DNA of 64,000 nucleotides from Candidatus Woesearchaeota archaeon (GTDB taxonomy: Archaea > Nanobdellota > Nanobdellia > Woesearchaeales > JAWBMQ01). Where the stretch lies: assembly GCA_038825875.1 (NCBI GenBank), contig JAWBOS010000001.1, forward strand, positions 14,881 through 78,880, given 5' to 3'. Below the pieces are notes generated by a model that worked only from the letters and a program-made list of their open reading frames with translations, was not told where the DNA came from and made no database searches. Both the position numbers and the translations under genes were made by a program. Below are positions 9,842 to 19,371 of the stretch, in pieces (the first letter of the stretch is position 1; each line of letters begins with the position of its first letter).

Positions 9842-11161
9842 ATGAAAGAAATTGTAGTAGGAAGAAGCCCTTCAGATTTGAAAAAATTAGGCTTGAAGGG
9901 ATGTGTAAAGATTGGAAAGATGTACATTAGAATGGGAGAAAACCTTTCTCTATCAAATCCTGTTTACGTGGATTTATCAACTAGTCACGTAATCCTCATA
10001 GTGGGAAAACGTGGTTCTGGTAAATCCTATACAATGGGAGTTGTAGCAGAAGGATTTGCATTACTTGAGCCTGAAATTCGAAAGAACATAGCTATAGTGA
10101 TGATAGACACTATGGGAGTATATTGGACTATGAAGTATCCAAACAAACAGCAAGAGGATGAACTTGAAAGTTTTGGACTAAAGCCGCAAGCGGTTGATTG
10201 CATAACCTATGTCCCGTATGCATATTTTGATAGATACAAAAATGAAGGAATTCCTGTGGATCAGAGATTGATATTACCTGCTTCAGAAATTAGTCCTGAA
10301 GAATGGGCAAGTGCATTCAGAATTAGTCCATTTTCAAGAGAGGGAGTTATTATTTCAAAAACGGTTTTAACACTAAGAGAAAAAATTCAAGAATATACTT
10401 TAGATGATATGATTTCTTTTGTCATGAAGGATGAAGAAGCAGACAGTATTACAAAAATGTCAGTAGTTAACTTATTTAAAATGGCGAAGGGATGGGGATT
10501 ATTTGGAAAACCTTCAACTAAGATAGTAGAATTGTTTAATGCTGGTAAAGTTTCAGTCATAGACATATCTCCATATGCTACAATGCCAGGAGGTTGGCCA
10601 ATCAAAGCACTTGTTACTGGTTTAATCGCACAACATGCATTCAAAGAGAGAATGAAATTTCGAAAAGATGAAGAATTTCAGGAGTTATCTTCTGTAAATA
10701 GTTTTTTTACATTTGAAAAAAAAGAAAAAAAGAACATTCCTCTTATTTGGCTTGTTATTGATGAAGCACATGAATTTCTGCCAGTTGATGAAAAGGATGC
10801 AAATGCGGCCACAGAACCACTGAAAATAATTCTTAGAGAAGGAAGACAACCAGGAGTAAGTTTAATTCTTGCAACTCAGCAGCCAGGAAAAATACATACT
10901 GATGCAATAACTCAAGCCGACATAGTAATAGCACACAGGGTGACTTCAAAAATAGACATTGATGCATTACAACTCCTTGCTCAATCGTGGATGAAAGAAA
11001 GTATCACAGCTTCAATGAATCAGTTACCCAGTGCTAAGGGCTCTGCAGTTCTCTTTGATGATACTAATGAAAGATTATTTTCTATTAGAATAAGACCTAG
11101 AATAAGCTGGCATGGTGGAGGAAGTCCATCTGCAATTCCATCTATTTCTTCACAACAGTAG
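9842..11161 (+). CDS. HerA/DUF87-family (COG0433) P-loop ATPase
   Basis: Walker A VGKRGSGKSYT about 50 aa from N-terminus after a short barrel-like segment, Walker B LIWLVIDEAHEF, arginine-finger region; FtsK/HerA-like architecture. Confidence 0.6.
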   Translation: MKEIVVGRSPSDLKKLGLKGCVKIGKMYIRMGENLSLSNPVYVDLSTSHVILIVGKRGSGKSYTMGVVAEGFALLEPEIRKNIAIVMIDTMGVYWTMKYPNKQQEDELESFGLKPQAVDCITYVPYAYFDRYKNEGIPVDQRLILPASEISPEEWASAFRISPFSREGVIISKTVLTLREKIQEYTLDDMISFVMKDEEADSITKMSVVNLFKMAKGWGLFGKPSTKIVELFNAGKVSVIDISPYATMPGGWPIKALVTGLIAQHAFKERMKFRKDEEFQELSSVNSFFTFEKKEKKNIPLIWLVIDEAHEFLPVDEKDANAATEPLKIILREGRQPGVSLILATQQPGKIHTDAITQADIVIAHRVTSKIDIDALQLLAQSWMKESITASMNQLPSAKGSAVLFDDTNERLFSIRIRPRISWHGGGSPSAIPSISSQQ

Positions 11162-12530
11162 TACATATCTTTCTTACAATTGTCATGTCTACACTTACTT
11201 GTCCATCTACTGAAATTGTTAAAGGTAAAGATTTTATTTCTGGTTTAGGTATGATTTTAATCTGTTCAACCTCTTTCAAATTTGTTTTAAAAAACTCAGG
11301 ATTTCTGGGATCCCACGAAACCAAAACCTGTTTAGTAGAAACCAATCTACTAATTTTAATATCATATAAAGAATCAATAAAGGAATAGAGATTGTCAAGA
11401 TTATAGAAATTGAGATTCACATAATTACAACCAGGTTTATACTCCCCAAGAGATTGATTTTCAGAGAATCTGACAATTATAAATTCAATTCCATAATTTC
11501 TAAAAATATCACAGTACTCTTGATGGGAAATATTTTGAATATTTGTAAAAAGAACTACAATTCTTCTTATTTGAGAAGCATTAATATTCTTTGCCAGTGT
11601 TGTGTGTGACTCAATTGTCTTAAGAGCATACACAAAATTTGAATAATCCTTTTGCTCTGATTCATTAACATATTTTAATTCGTTTTTTAGAAGTTCATAG
11701 TAATTTAATTGTTTATCTTTTTGGTATGTAAAAATCTTCGAGGTTCCTCTAAAAAAATCAAAATAGATAGTCTGATTAGAAAGAAACTCAAAAAACTTTA
11801 TTATGAGGTATCTGTATATATTTTCCTTTGCCGAAGTACAATAAAAGTAATTAGGAATTTCAAAGCAAAAATTCTTACACTGATTTTTATATTTCTCAAT
11901 TTCCTCGATTGAAGAAATAATTATAGGATTAGTACAATTGGATTTAGAAACTAAGTTTTGATTACAAACCAGCTTTTCACCCAAAGTACCTACCTTAACG
12001 CCTTTTTCTTGCCATACCAAACAATCAAAATCATATCTTCTGAATAAATTATCTGGCGTATCACAACTTAAAACAACTCTAGTATTATTCACAATTAAAG
12101 AATACTTTTCACTTGGAATCTCATCACATAAAAATCCATCTAGCAATTTTATACTTTCTCGTGTTTTTATTGTCCTTGGAATCGAATCTGGTGCCAAGAA
12201 AAATGAAAGTAGAAAAATGGGATATAGCGAAAATTGCTTTGCTTCTTCAATGGTATTTGCTGGTGTAAATGTGAGATTAATATATTCTATTGTCTGTGGA
12301 TTATCAAAATTTATAGATTTAGTAGATGAAAGTAAAAAGGATTCAGTAGTTACGATATTTTCACAAAAAGTTTCTATTTCCCTTCCTGAAAGTTTCTGAA
12401 GGTTTTGCTGAACAGATCTCTGATAGGATAACTTTGAGTATTGCACATAACCCGCATAGATAGTTAATCCCAGTAAACCAATTCCAACAATTAATGCAAA
12501 CAATAACGTATATTGAAATAAATCTTTCAT
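11142..12530 (-). CDS. N-terminally membrane-anchored, Cys-rich, N-glycosylatable extracytoplasmic protein of unknown function
   Basis: TM helix LLFALIVGIGLLGLTIYAGY at N-terminus; many Cys and N-x-S/T; last gene of a three-gene minus-strand operon. Confidence 0.4.
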   Translation of the reverse strand: MKDLFQYTLLFALIVGIGLLGLTIYAGYVQYSKLSYQRSVQQNLQKLSGREIETFCENIVTTESFLLSSTKSINFDNPQTIEYINLTFTPANTIEEAKQFSLYPIFLLSFFLAPDSIPRTIKTRESIKLLDGFLCDEIPSEKYSLIVNNTRVVLSCDTPDNLFRRYDFDCLVWQEKGVKVGTLGEKLVCNQNLVSKSNCTNPIIISSIEEIEKYKNQCKNFCFEIPNYFYCTSAKENIYRYLIIKFFEFLSNQTIYFDFFRGTSKIFTYQKDKQLNYYELLKNELKYVNESEQKDYSNFVYALKTIESHTTLAKNINASQIRRIVVLFTNIQNISHQEYCDIFRNYGIEFIIVRFSENQSLGEYKPGCNYVNLNFYNLDNLYSFIDSLYDIKISRLVSTKQVLVSWDPRNPEFFKTNLKEVEQIKIIPKPEIKSLPLTISVDGQVSVDMTIVRKICTTVVKK

Positions 12531-13447
12531 CTTTCTTGATAAATCTCCTGGACTAACTCTTTAATCTTTTTAGAATTATATTTTTTACTCAAATGTTCTA
12601 TTAATATCTCTTTAGGAATACCCTTTAATTTTGAAAGAAAGATTGTCTTTCTTATCAAGTTTAGATCTAATGTTTGTTTGACTTTGTTTTCAAAGTTAAA
12701 CTCTTTCTTCGGTTTCATATCAAACGCATTAAGTAATGTATCCTCAATATAATTCAGTTCTATTTTTCTGTTTAACTCTTCAAGATTTATCTCTGGCAAT
12801 TTCTTCTCTTCTTTTGATTCTTCTACAACGTTTTTCTTTTCTTCAGAAACCTCTTGTTGATTTCTCTGCCTTTCCTTTTCAATCATTTCTATAATTCTAT
12901 CTATTTCTGCACCATACTTATACTTTCTTTTTGTATAAACAAGCTCATAGATAAACAATGATCCTAGTAAAACCCCTACAAAAATTAAATAGTAAGTATT
13001 GAACCTTGTAACTCTTTGAGCAAAATCATCTATTGTTAATGATTTTGAAGGAAGATTTGTTTCATTAACCTTCATCTTTGGCAATGTAAAATTGAATGTA
13101 TAAAGTTTTTTATTCACTAGTATTGCTGAAAGAACTAGAGGATCTTTAAGGGGAACAATCAAAAATTCTGCTGACCCATTATACTGCAAAACACTCCATG
13201 ACAAAAATTGAGCATTTGGTGTTCCTAACAAAATAAAATCTTCTGAAAACGGAAAGATTATTACTGAATCATTACAATACAAAGAAACCTTACAAAAAGA
13301 GGAAACATTACAGTTATCGTGCAAACAAATAGTAACATTATCTTCTGTTTGACAAATTTCTGCATTAATTAAAGAAAAGGGAATGGAAGAGTATAAAAAT
13401 ATCAAAAAAAGATAAATTCTAAAAAAGCGCTTTTGAAAATTCATCAA
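12527..13447 (-). CDS. Type I membrane protein (signal peptide, Cys-rich ectodomain, one TM, highly charged cytoplasmic tail), unknown function
   Basis: Signal IYLFLIFLYSSIPFSLINAE; TM YLIFVGVLLGSLFIYELVY; K/E-rich C-terminal tail; 4-nt overlap with downstream gene. Confidence 0.4.
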   Translation of the reverse strand: MMNFQKRFFRIYLFLIFLYSSIPFSLINAEICQTEDNVTICLHDNCNVSSFCKVSLYCNDSVIIFPFSEDFILLGTPNAQFLSWSVLQYNGSAEFLIVPLKDPLVLSAILVNKKLYTFNFTLPKMKVNETNLPSKSLTIDDFAQRVTRFNTYYLIFVGVLLGSLFIYELVYTKRKYKYGAEIDRIIEMIEKERQRNQQEVSEEKKNVVEESKEEKKLPEINLEELNRKIELNYIEDTLLNAFDMKPKKEFNFENKVKQTLDLNLIRKTIFLSKLKGIPKEILIEHLSKKYNSKKIKELVQEIYQER

Positions 13448-13487
13448 TAATTCTTAGAATTCGTATTTTAAAAAACTTTTGAAAATC

Positions 13488-13775
13488 TCAATCTTCTCTT
13501 GATAAAAATCCCACTAACTCTGATAAAGCCTTGCCCACTCTTTTTCCCTTCTCTGTTAGCTCCAAATAATTTAACCTACCGCTTCTCTTTACCTCTACAA
13601 TCCCTTTCTGTTCAAACAACTTAAGAATCTTAATTACATGAGAATAAGTGCAATCAATTCTCTTAGCAAGAGTAGATCCATAGATAGGTTCTTGGGAATT
13701 GATAAACATCTCCACCAATATTTTGGTTGGTTTATCTTGTAAAAACATGTCGATTAGAGAGATATTTTTCTTCAT
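13488..13775 (-). CDS. Small winged-helix transcriptional regulator (ArsR/MarR-like)
   Basis: 95 aa; helix-turn-helix-like GSTLAKRIDCTYSHVIKILKLFEQKGIVE followed by a wing; first gene of operon with the two membrane proteins. Confidence 0.5.
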   Translation of the reverse strand: MKKNISLIDMFLQDKPTKILVEMFINSQEPIYGSTLAKRIDCTYSHVIKILKLFEQKGIVEVKRSGRLNYLELTEKGKRVGKALSELVGFLSRED

Positions 13776-13909
13776 AGTGCTTCACCTCAAAAATCAATAT
13801 AGGAAAAAATAATACAATTCTTTCTTTTGTAAGATGAGTAAAAATTAAAAATATTGTGTTTTTTAAAAAACAAAACACTTAAAAATACCAAGAATTCCTT
13901 TTATTAAAA

Positions 13910-14019
13910 GGGGACGTGGTGTAACCAGGCAGCACGGCTGGCTCCAGAAATTGGAGCGCTGAACAATGATGCAGCCTTGAAGAAACCAGCAAATTAGGGT
14001 TCAAATCCCTACGTCCCCA
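13910..14019 (+). tRNA. tRNA-Trp (anticodon CCA) with a 37-nt intron at the canonical 37/38 position (13948..13984); no encoded CCA
   Basis: Acceptor GGGGACG/CGTCCCC, D-arm GTGT/GCAC, anticodon stem GCTGG/CCAGC split by the intron, loop CUCCAGA, T-arm TAGGG-TTCAAAT-CCCTA, discriminator A73. Intron contains CTGA-ACA-ATGATGC. Confidence 0.8.
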
Positions 14020-14059
14020 AGATTAATATTAACAAACAACATAACAATATTAAATTAGT

Positions 14060-14132
14060 GGGCCGGTGGTCTAGTGGCTATGACGTCGCCCTTACAAGGC
14101 GGAGGTCGCCGGTTCAATTCCGGCCCGGCCCA
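14060..14132 (+). tRNA. tRNA-Val (anticodon TAC), no encoded CCA
   Basis: Acceptor GGGCCGG/CCGGCCC, anticodon stem TCGCC/GGCGG with loop CTTACAA, T-arm GCCGG-TTCAATT-CCGGC, discriminator A. Confidence 0.85.
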
Positions 14133-14254
14133 TCGCTTTTTAACATATTAGCAGATAATTGGTCTAATTGTCTAATTAATAAGCAAAGACTTAAAGTGTT
14201 TTATAAACAACAATATTTAAAAATAAGACAGAACTCCCTGCATATGGTGATATT

Positions 14255-14779
14255 ATGGCAAAGTTAAGGAAAGGTGTATGTTACAGAAGACTTGAAAGAC
14301 CTTATACTAGAAAATCAAAGTATAATGAATACTCCTTTGTAAGAGGTTCTCCTCCTTGCATAATTACAAAATTTGATATGGGAAATGAAAAGGGTGATTT
14401 TGAGTATGAAGTAAATCTAATAAGTTTAGATTCTCTTCAACTTAGACAAAATGCTATAGAATCAGCAAGAAAGACCATCATTCGAAGACTTGAAAAAAAT
14501 ATTCCACAGACAGATTTTCATTATAAGATCTATCCCTATCCTCATCATGTTTTAAGAGAAAATCCCTTGGGTATGACTGCCGGGGCTGACAGAACAAGCA
14601 AAGGAATGAAACTCGCATTTGGAAAGCCAATAGGACTTGCCGCTCGAGTATATGCTGGAGATGTTATATTCAAAATAAGAACCAAAGAAAAATACCTAAA
14701 TGTTGCAAAAGAAGCATTAGAAGTTGGAAAAACAAAATTGCCTATGAGATACAAGATAGAAGTAAAAAAATTGAAGTAA
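14255..14779 (+). CDS. rpl10e: 50S ribosomal protein L10e (uL16)
   Basis: MAKLRKGVCYRRLERPYTRKSKY..GMTAGADRTSKGMKLAFGKPIGLAARV is the conserved L10e/L16 signature. Confidence 0.9.
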   Translation: MAKLRKGVCYRRLERPYTRKSKYNEYSFVRGSPPCIITKFDMGNEKGDFEYEVNLISLDSLQLRQNAIESARKTIIRRLEKNIPQTDFHYKIYPYPHHVLRENPLGMTAGADRTSKGMKLAFGKPIGLAARVYAGDVIFKIRTKEKYLNVAKEALEVGKTKLPMRYKIEVKKLK

Positions 14780-14822
14780 AAAAACAGTATAAATTTTTAA
14801 ATCTTTTTTTCCTTTCTTTGAA

Positions 14823-16625
14823 GTGATGATAATTGAATTTTTAGACAGATTGCAAAAAATATATCTTGAAAAAGGAACTTTAGACAATGAAATCATTGAG
14901 AAAATAAAGCGAGAGCTTGCAAAAAAATATCAGTTAAATGAATTCCCACCAAATTATGAAATCTGGTTATCTCTTTCTGAAAAAGAACGAAAAAAGTATT
15001 CAAATATATTAAAATTCCTAAAGAGAAAGCCAACGAGAACAGAATCTGGAGTTACTCCTGTAGCAGTAATGACTGAACCATTTCCTTGTCCACATGGAAG
15101 ATGCATCATGTGTCCTGGTGGAAAAGATAGCGTGTTTGGAGATGTGCCTCAAAGTTATACTGGAAAAGAGCCGGCAACATCAAGAGCAATAAGAAACAAA
15201 TTTGATCCCTATTTACAAGTATTTAATCGATTACAACAATATGCCATAAATCTCCACAATTTCCAAAAAGTTGAAGTCATTGTAATGGGTGGAACATTTC
15301 TCTCCTACCCTGAAAACTATCAAGAAGAGTTTATTAAGAACATTTACAAAGCATTAAATGATTTTTCTGATCTTTTTATAACTAAAAAAAACAGTTTAAA
15401 TGAGAAAAAATTCATTGAATTTTTTGAGATGCAAACAAAAAAAGAAACAAATTCATTAACTGAAAAAATCCTCTCATTGAAAAACAAAAACCAGACTTCT
15501 CTTGTAGAAGAACAGAAAAGAAACGAAAAAAGTAGAATAAGATGCGTTGCACTTTGCATTGAGACAAGACCAGATTTTTGCTTAAAAGAACACATCAACA
15601 AAATGCTTAATTATGGAACTACGAGAGTAGAAATAGGAGTCCAGGCGCTTGATGATGAAATTCTAAAAATTATTGAAAGAGGTCATGATGTAAAAACAGT
15701 AATAAAAGCAACACAACTAGCAAAGGATTCCTTTTTGAAAGTTACATACCATATGATGTTAGGTTTGCCAGGAAGTAGCTATGAAAAGGATCTAAATATG
15801 TTTAAAAAGTTATTTGATGATGAAAATTTTCGACCTGATGCGCTAAAAATCTATCCCTGTGAAGTAATCAAGGGAACAAAACTTTACGAAATGTGGAGAT
15901 CTGGAAAATATAATGCTCTAGAACTTGATAAAACAATAGATTTATTGATCAGAATTAAGCAAATAATACCCAAGTATTGCAGAATCATGAGAATTCAAAG
16001 AGATATACCTAGCAATGTTATTGATGCTGGCATAAAAGTGACAAATTTACGACAAATCATTAACAACACAATTAATGAACTTTTAGAAATACAAGAAACC
16101 GAAAATTGGCATAAACTAAAAGATATTAATATAAACTTATCTAATGAACTACTTGAGATGCTAAAGAATAAAAAATTAAAAAGATGTGAATGCATCAGAT
16201 GCAGAGAGATCAGCAGAAGAAAGATAGATCCAAAAAACATAAAGATTGAGTTTAATCAAATAAGATATAAAGCTTCAAAAGGTGAAGAAATCTTTCTTGA
16301 GTTGGTAGAAAAAAATACAGATTCATTGATAGGTTTTGCAAGAATTAGAAAGCCTTATGCCCCTTTTAGACCAGAAATAGATAATGACACATTAGGAATT
16401 AGACAACTTCACGTATATGGAGAATCATTAAATATAAGTGAAAAAAGTGAAAAAAGTTTTCAACATCGAGGATTTGGAAGGAGTTTAGTAATGGAAGCAG
16501 AACGAATAGCTAAAGAAGAATTTCAAGCAAAAAAGATGTGTATAATTAGTGGAGTAGGTGTAAGGGAATATTACAGAAAACTAGGATACAGTAAACAAGG
16601 CGTTTATATGGTTAAGAAAATATGA
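14823..16625 (+). CDS. elp3: ELP3-family tRNA uridine(34) acetyltransferase (radical SAM + GNAT)
   Basis: FPCPHGRCIMCPGG radical-SAM cluster region; C-terminal GNAT motif HRGFGRSLVMEAERIAKEE; carries lineage-specific insertions. Confidence 0.85.
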   Translation: MMIIEFLDRLQKIYLEKGTLDNEIIEKIKRELAKKYQLNEFPPNYEIWLSLSEKERKKYSNILKFLKRKPTRTESGVTPVAVMTEPFPCPHGRCIMCPGGKDSVFGDVPQSYTGKEPATSRAIRNKFDPYLQVFNRLQQYAINLHNFQKVEVIVMGGTFLSYPENYQEEFIKNIYKALNDFSDLFITKKNSLNEKKFIEFFEMQTKKETNSLTEKILSLKNKNQTSLVEEQKRNEKSRIRCVALCIETRPDFCLKEHINKMLNYGTTRVEIGVQALDDEILKIIERGHDVKTVIKATQLAKDSFLKVTYHMMLGLPGSSYEKDLNMFKKLFDDENFRPDALKIYPCEVIKGTKLYEMWRSGKYNALELDKTIDLLIRIKQIIPKYCRIMRIQRDIPSNVIDAGIKVTNLRQIINNTINELLEIQETENWHKLKDININLSNELLEMLKNKKLKRCECIRCREISRRKIDPKNIKIEFNQIRYKASKGEEIFLELVEKNTDSLIGFARIRKPYAPFRPEIDNDTLGIRQLHVYGESLNISEKSEKSFQHRGFGRSLVMEAERIAKEEFQAKKMCIISGVGVREYYRKLGYSKQGVYMVKKI

Positions 16626-16628
16626 AAA

Positions 16629-17297
16629 ATGAAAAGTAAAGAAAAGAAAATATTGCTTGAAAAATTTGAAGATGAATTTATAGTAAATAAACTTCTCCAA
16701 TTCCCACTAAGAAAGTTTCAAAAGGAATCTTTGAAGTATATATTTGATAAAAACGTTCTAATTTGTGCTCCTACAGGAAGTGGAAAAAGTTGGATTGCTG
16801 AGGTCGCATCTTTTTATTGCGCATTGAAAAAGAAGAAAAAAGCAATATATGCTGTACCATTAAAAGCATTGGCAAGGGAAAGATATGAAAAATTTCTAAG
16901 TTATAATATCAAAGATATAAAGATAGCACTAACAACTTCGGACTATGATGAATCTTCTGACAGTCTTAAAAATTATGATATAATAATCGCAACTTCTGAG
17001 AAAATCGATTCAATCTTGAGACATAATGCTTATTGGCTAGATGATGTGGCATTATTTATTGCAGATGAAATCCATCTTTTAAATGATATCGAGCGAGGAC
17101 CAGTATTAGAATATGTTATAACTTCCTTCAAATTAAAGGGGAAGCAGATTATTGGATTATCTGCAACTATTGGAAATGCTGAACAAGTAGCAGATTGGTT
17201 AAAAGCAAAATTAATAATATCTAAAGAAAGGCCTGTAAAATTATATTATGGTGTGCTTAATAATAACAAAATTTATTATCTAAAAGAAACCTCATAA
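16629..17297 (+). pseudogene. Truncated Ski2/Hel308-like helicase: only RecA1 domain (motifs Q, I, Ia, II, III), terminating at the RecA1/RecA2 boundary
   Basis: CAPTGSGKS (I), VPLKALARE (Ia), DEIHLL (II), SAT (III), ends ..ERPVKLYYGV.. right where RecA2 should start; no continuation in any frame downstream. Confidence 0.5.
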
Positions 17298-17306
17298 AAT
17301 CTAAAA

Positions 17307-18635
17307 ATGAGAATACTTGTTTTAAATCTGCCCTTTGAAAAACCCATTATAAGAAGATATTCCTGCAGTTATTATGCACATGGTTTTCTTTATGAACCTC
17401 ATGAATTGTTGAGAGTTGCTACAATTCTCAAAGAAGGAAAGAATGAAATATTATTCCTTGATTGCATTGCGGAAAAGAAAAATGTAACTTCTACCATTGA
17501 ATACATAAAGAAGAAAAGGATTGATTTGATAATTACTATGTTAGGAATTGACTTTGTTACTGAAGATTATAAAACAATAACTACTATAAAAAAGAATTGT
17601 AGAGTGAAGATTGTAGGAATAAGTTATATTGCGTCTCTTTTTCCTGAAATGTTCAAAAATCTTGATGCAATCTTAAATAAATTTTTCGAGGAAAAAATAG
17701 CAAATGCAAAAAATGAAACAACATTAGACCGATTTCTAAAAAAATTAAAGATTGATGTAAAAGAAAAGAATCCAGACATAATAAAGAAAGTAGACAGATC
17801 TTTTTTAAATTTCAAAGACTATACTGAACTTTTAACTTCAAAATGCGCATTCATTTATTTTGGATTTGGATGCCCATTTAAATGCAATTATTGTATAAGA
17901 TCCTATGATCTGAATGAGTATAAAATTCGAAGCAAGGAATTTGTATTTGATGAATTAAAAACTATTTTTTTGGAAGGGTATAGAAATGTAAGAATTATGG
18001 ACGATAACTTTACATTGAACTCAAATTTTCTTATGGAACTTTCAGAATTTCTAAAAAAAGAAAATATTCATCTCAATTTTTATGGACTTAGTAGAATTGA
18101 TCTTTTAAACGACAAAACTATCGAACTCCTAAGAAGAATAAACGTTAAGCGTCTTTACATAGGACTTGAAACTTTTAAGCAAGATATGCAAAAATACTAT
18201 GACAAAAACATAAAGATAGATATAGAAAAATTCACGGAAATCTTTAAAAAATTAAGATCCTCAAAAATTGAAACAGGGGTTTGGTTGCTTTATCATCCAA
18301 TAAAGGACAGAAAAGAAGAAATATTAGATTGGATCAACATTCTATTAAAATTAAATCCTGACTTTGTAAACTTGAGTATAATCACTCCATATCCCAACAC
18401 TTTGTTTTTTGAAATGGAAAAATCAAATTTTGTTTTCTCCATAAATCCATTCAAATCTGAATTTTCCATAACAAATTATGAAGATGTTGAAAAGGAATTC
18501 TTCAGAAGATATCTTTTCCATCCGAAAAATGTACTAAAACATATCAAACTAGCAATAAGAAACCCAAATTTACCAGCGGAACTTCTACTAGATCTTCTTT
18601 CTAAAAAAAGAACTCAAAGAAAAGACTTAATTTAA
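17307..18635 (+). CDS. B12-binding-domain radical SAM protein (class B rSAM-like)
   Basis: N-terminal Rossmann-like cobalamin-binding-type region followed by FGFGCPFKCNYCI (CxxxCxxC). Confidence 0.6.
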   Translation: MRILVLNLPFEKPIIRRYSCSYYAHGFLYEPHELLRVATILKEGKNEILFLDCIAEKKNVTSTIEYIKKKRIDLIITMLGIDFVTEDYKTITTIKKNCRVKIVGISYIASLFPEMFKNLDAILNKFFEEKIANAKNETTLDRFLKKLKIDVKEKNPDIIKKVDRSFLNFKDYTELLTSKCAFIYFGFGCPFKCNYCIRSYDLNEYKIRSKEFVFDELKTIFLEGYRNVRIMDDNFTLNSNFLMELSEFLKKENIHLNFYGLSRIDLLNDKTIELLRRINVKRLYIGLETFKQDMQKYYDKNIKIDIEKFTEIFKKLRSSKIETGVWLLYHPIKDRKEEILDWINILLKLNPDFVNLSIITPYPNTLFFEMEKSNFVFSINPFKSEFSITNYEDVEKEFFRRYLFHPKNVLKHIKLAIRNPNLPAELLLDLLSKKRTQRKDLI

Positions 18636-19370
18636 ATTCTGATCATCTTTTTTCATAATTCTGTTAATTATATCCTGCAAGGTGTTATCAAAGTTTCTTC
18701 TTAAAACATCCTTACTAGCTCTATCAAGATCTAGCTCTGTGCCCTTTCTTAAAAAATTCATTCTCTTAGCGTATTCTTGCAAACTTATTCCAAACCTTTT
18801 AAGAACTATCTCAGCAGGAGTAATAGAATCTTTCAAATCTTCTGGATTTCTAGCACCCAATATAGCCAAGATATTTTCATCTTCAATTTCCAAATCAACT
18901 CCTGGTGCATCCCAGAGATATATTTGATTATCTATTTTTATTCTCTGAATACCTTTGGTAAAACCTGCAAAAGAGCTAACTTTGGCTGATCCTTTCCCTT
19001 TTAGAGCACTTATCACACTAGATTTTCCTACATTGCTATATCCCAAAACACATGCATTAATTATCTGCTTGTTGACAGATTCTTTAATTTTTTTTCTCAA
19101 AACGTTCACATTCCAATATTTCTTTGCAGAGAAAAGAACATAAGGATCTGTGAAAAATTTATCCAATCTTTCTTTGATTTGATCTTCCTCTTCTCTTGAT
19201 AGAAGATCTACTTTATTAACAACAAATATAATTTTTTTCTGTTTATTTCTTATATACTGTACCCACTTTTCCGAATATGTGTAATCAATATATCTTGCAT
19301 CAAGTACATATAAAACTACATCAACTTTTTCTATCAAATCTTTCAAAATTTTAAGATACTTTGGATTCAT
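18627..19370 (-). CDS. Circularly permuted GTPase (YlqF/RbgA/Nug-type ribosome biogenesis GTPase)
   Basis: G4 NKVDLL precedes G1 GYSNVGKSS and G3 DAPG: permuted G-motif order typical of the YlqF/YawG family. Confidence 0.7.
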   Translation of the reverse strand: MNPKYLKILKDLIEKVDVVLYVLDARYIDYTYSEKWVQYIRNKQKKIIFVVNKVDLLSREEEDQIKERLDKFFTDPYVLFSAKKYWNVNVLRKKIKESVNKQIINACVLGYSNVGKSSVISALKGKGSAKVSSFAGFTKGIQRIKIDNQIYLWDAPGVDLEIEDENILAILGARNPEDLKDSITPAEIVLKRFGISLQEYAKRMNFLRKGTELDLDRASKDVLRRNFDNTLQDIINRIMKKDDQNLN

Positions 19371-19371
19371 C

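Noticed and set aside
14058-14267. 69-aa ORF starting inside tRNA-Val
   Set aside because: Overlaps a canonical tRNA; Arg/Pro-rich translation is the signature of reading GC-rich tRNA sequence.
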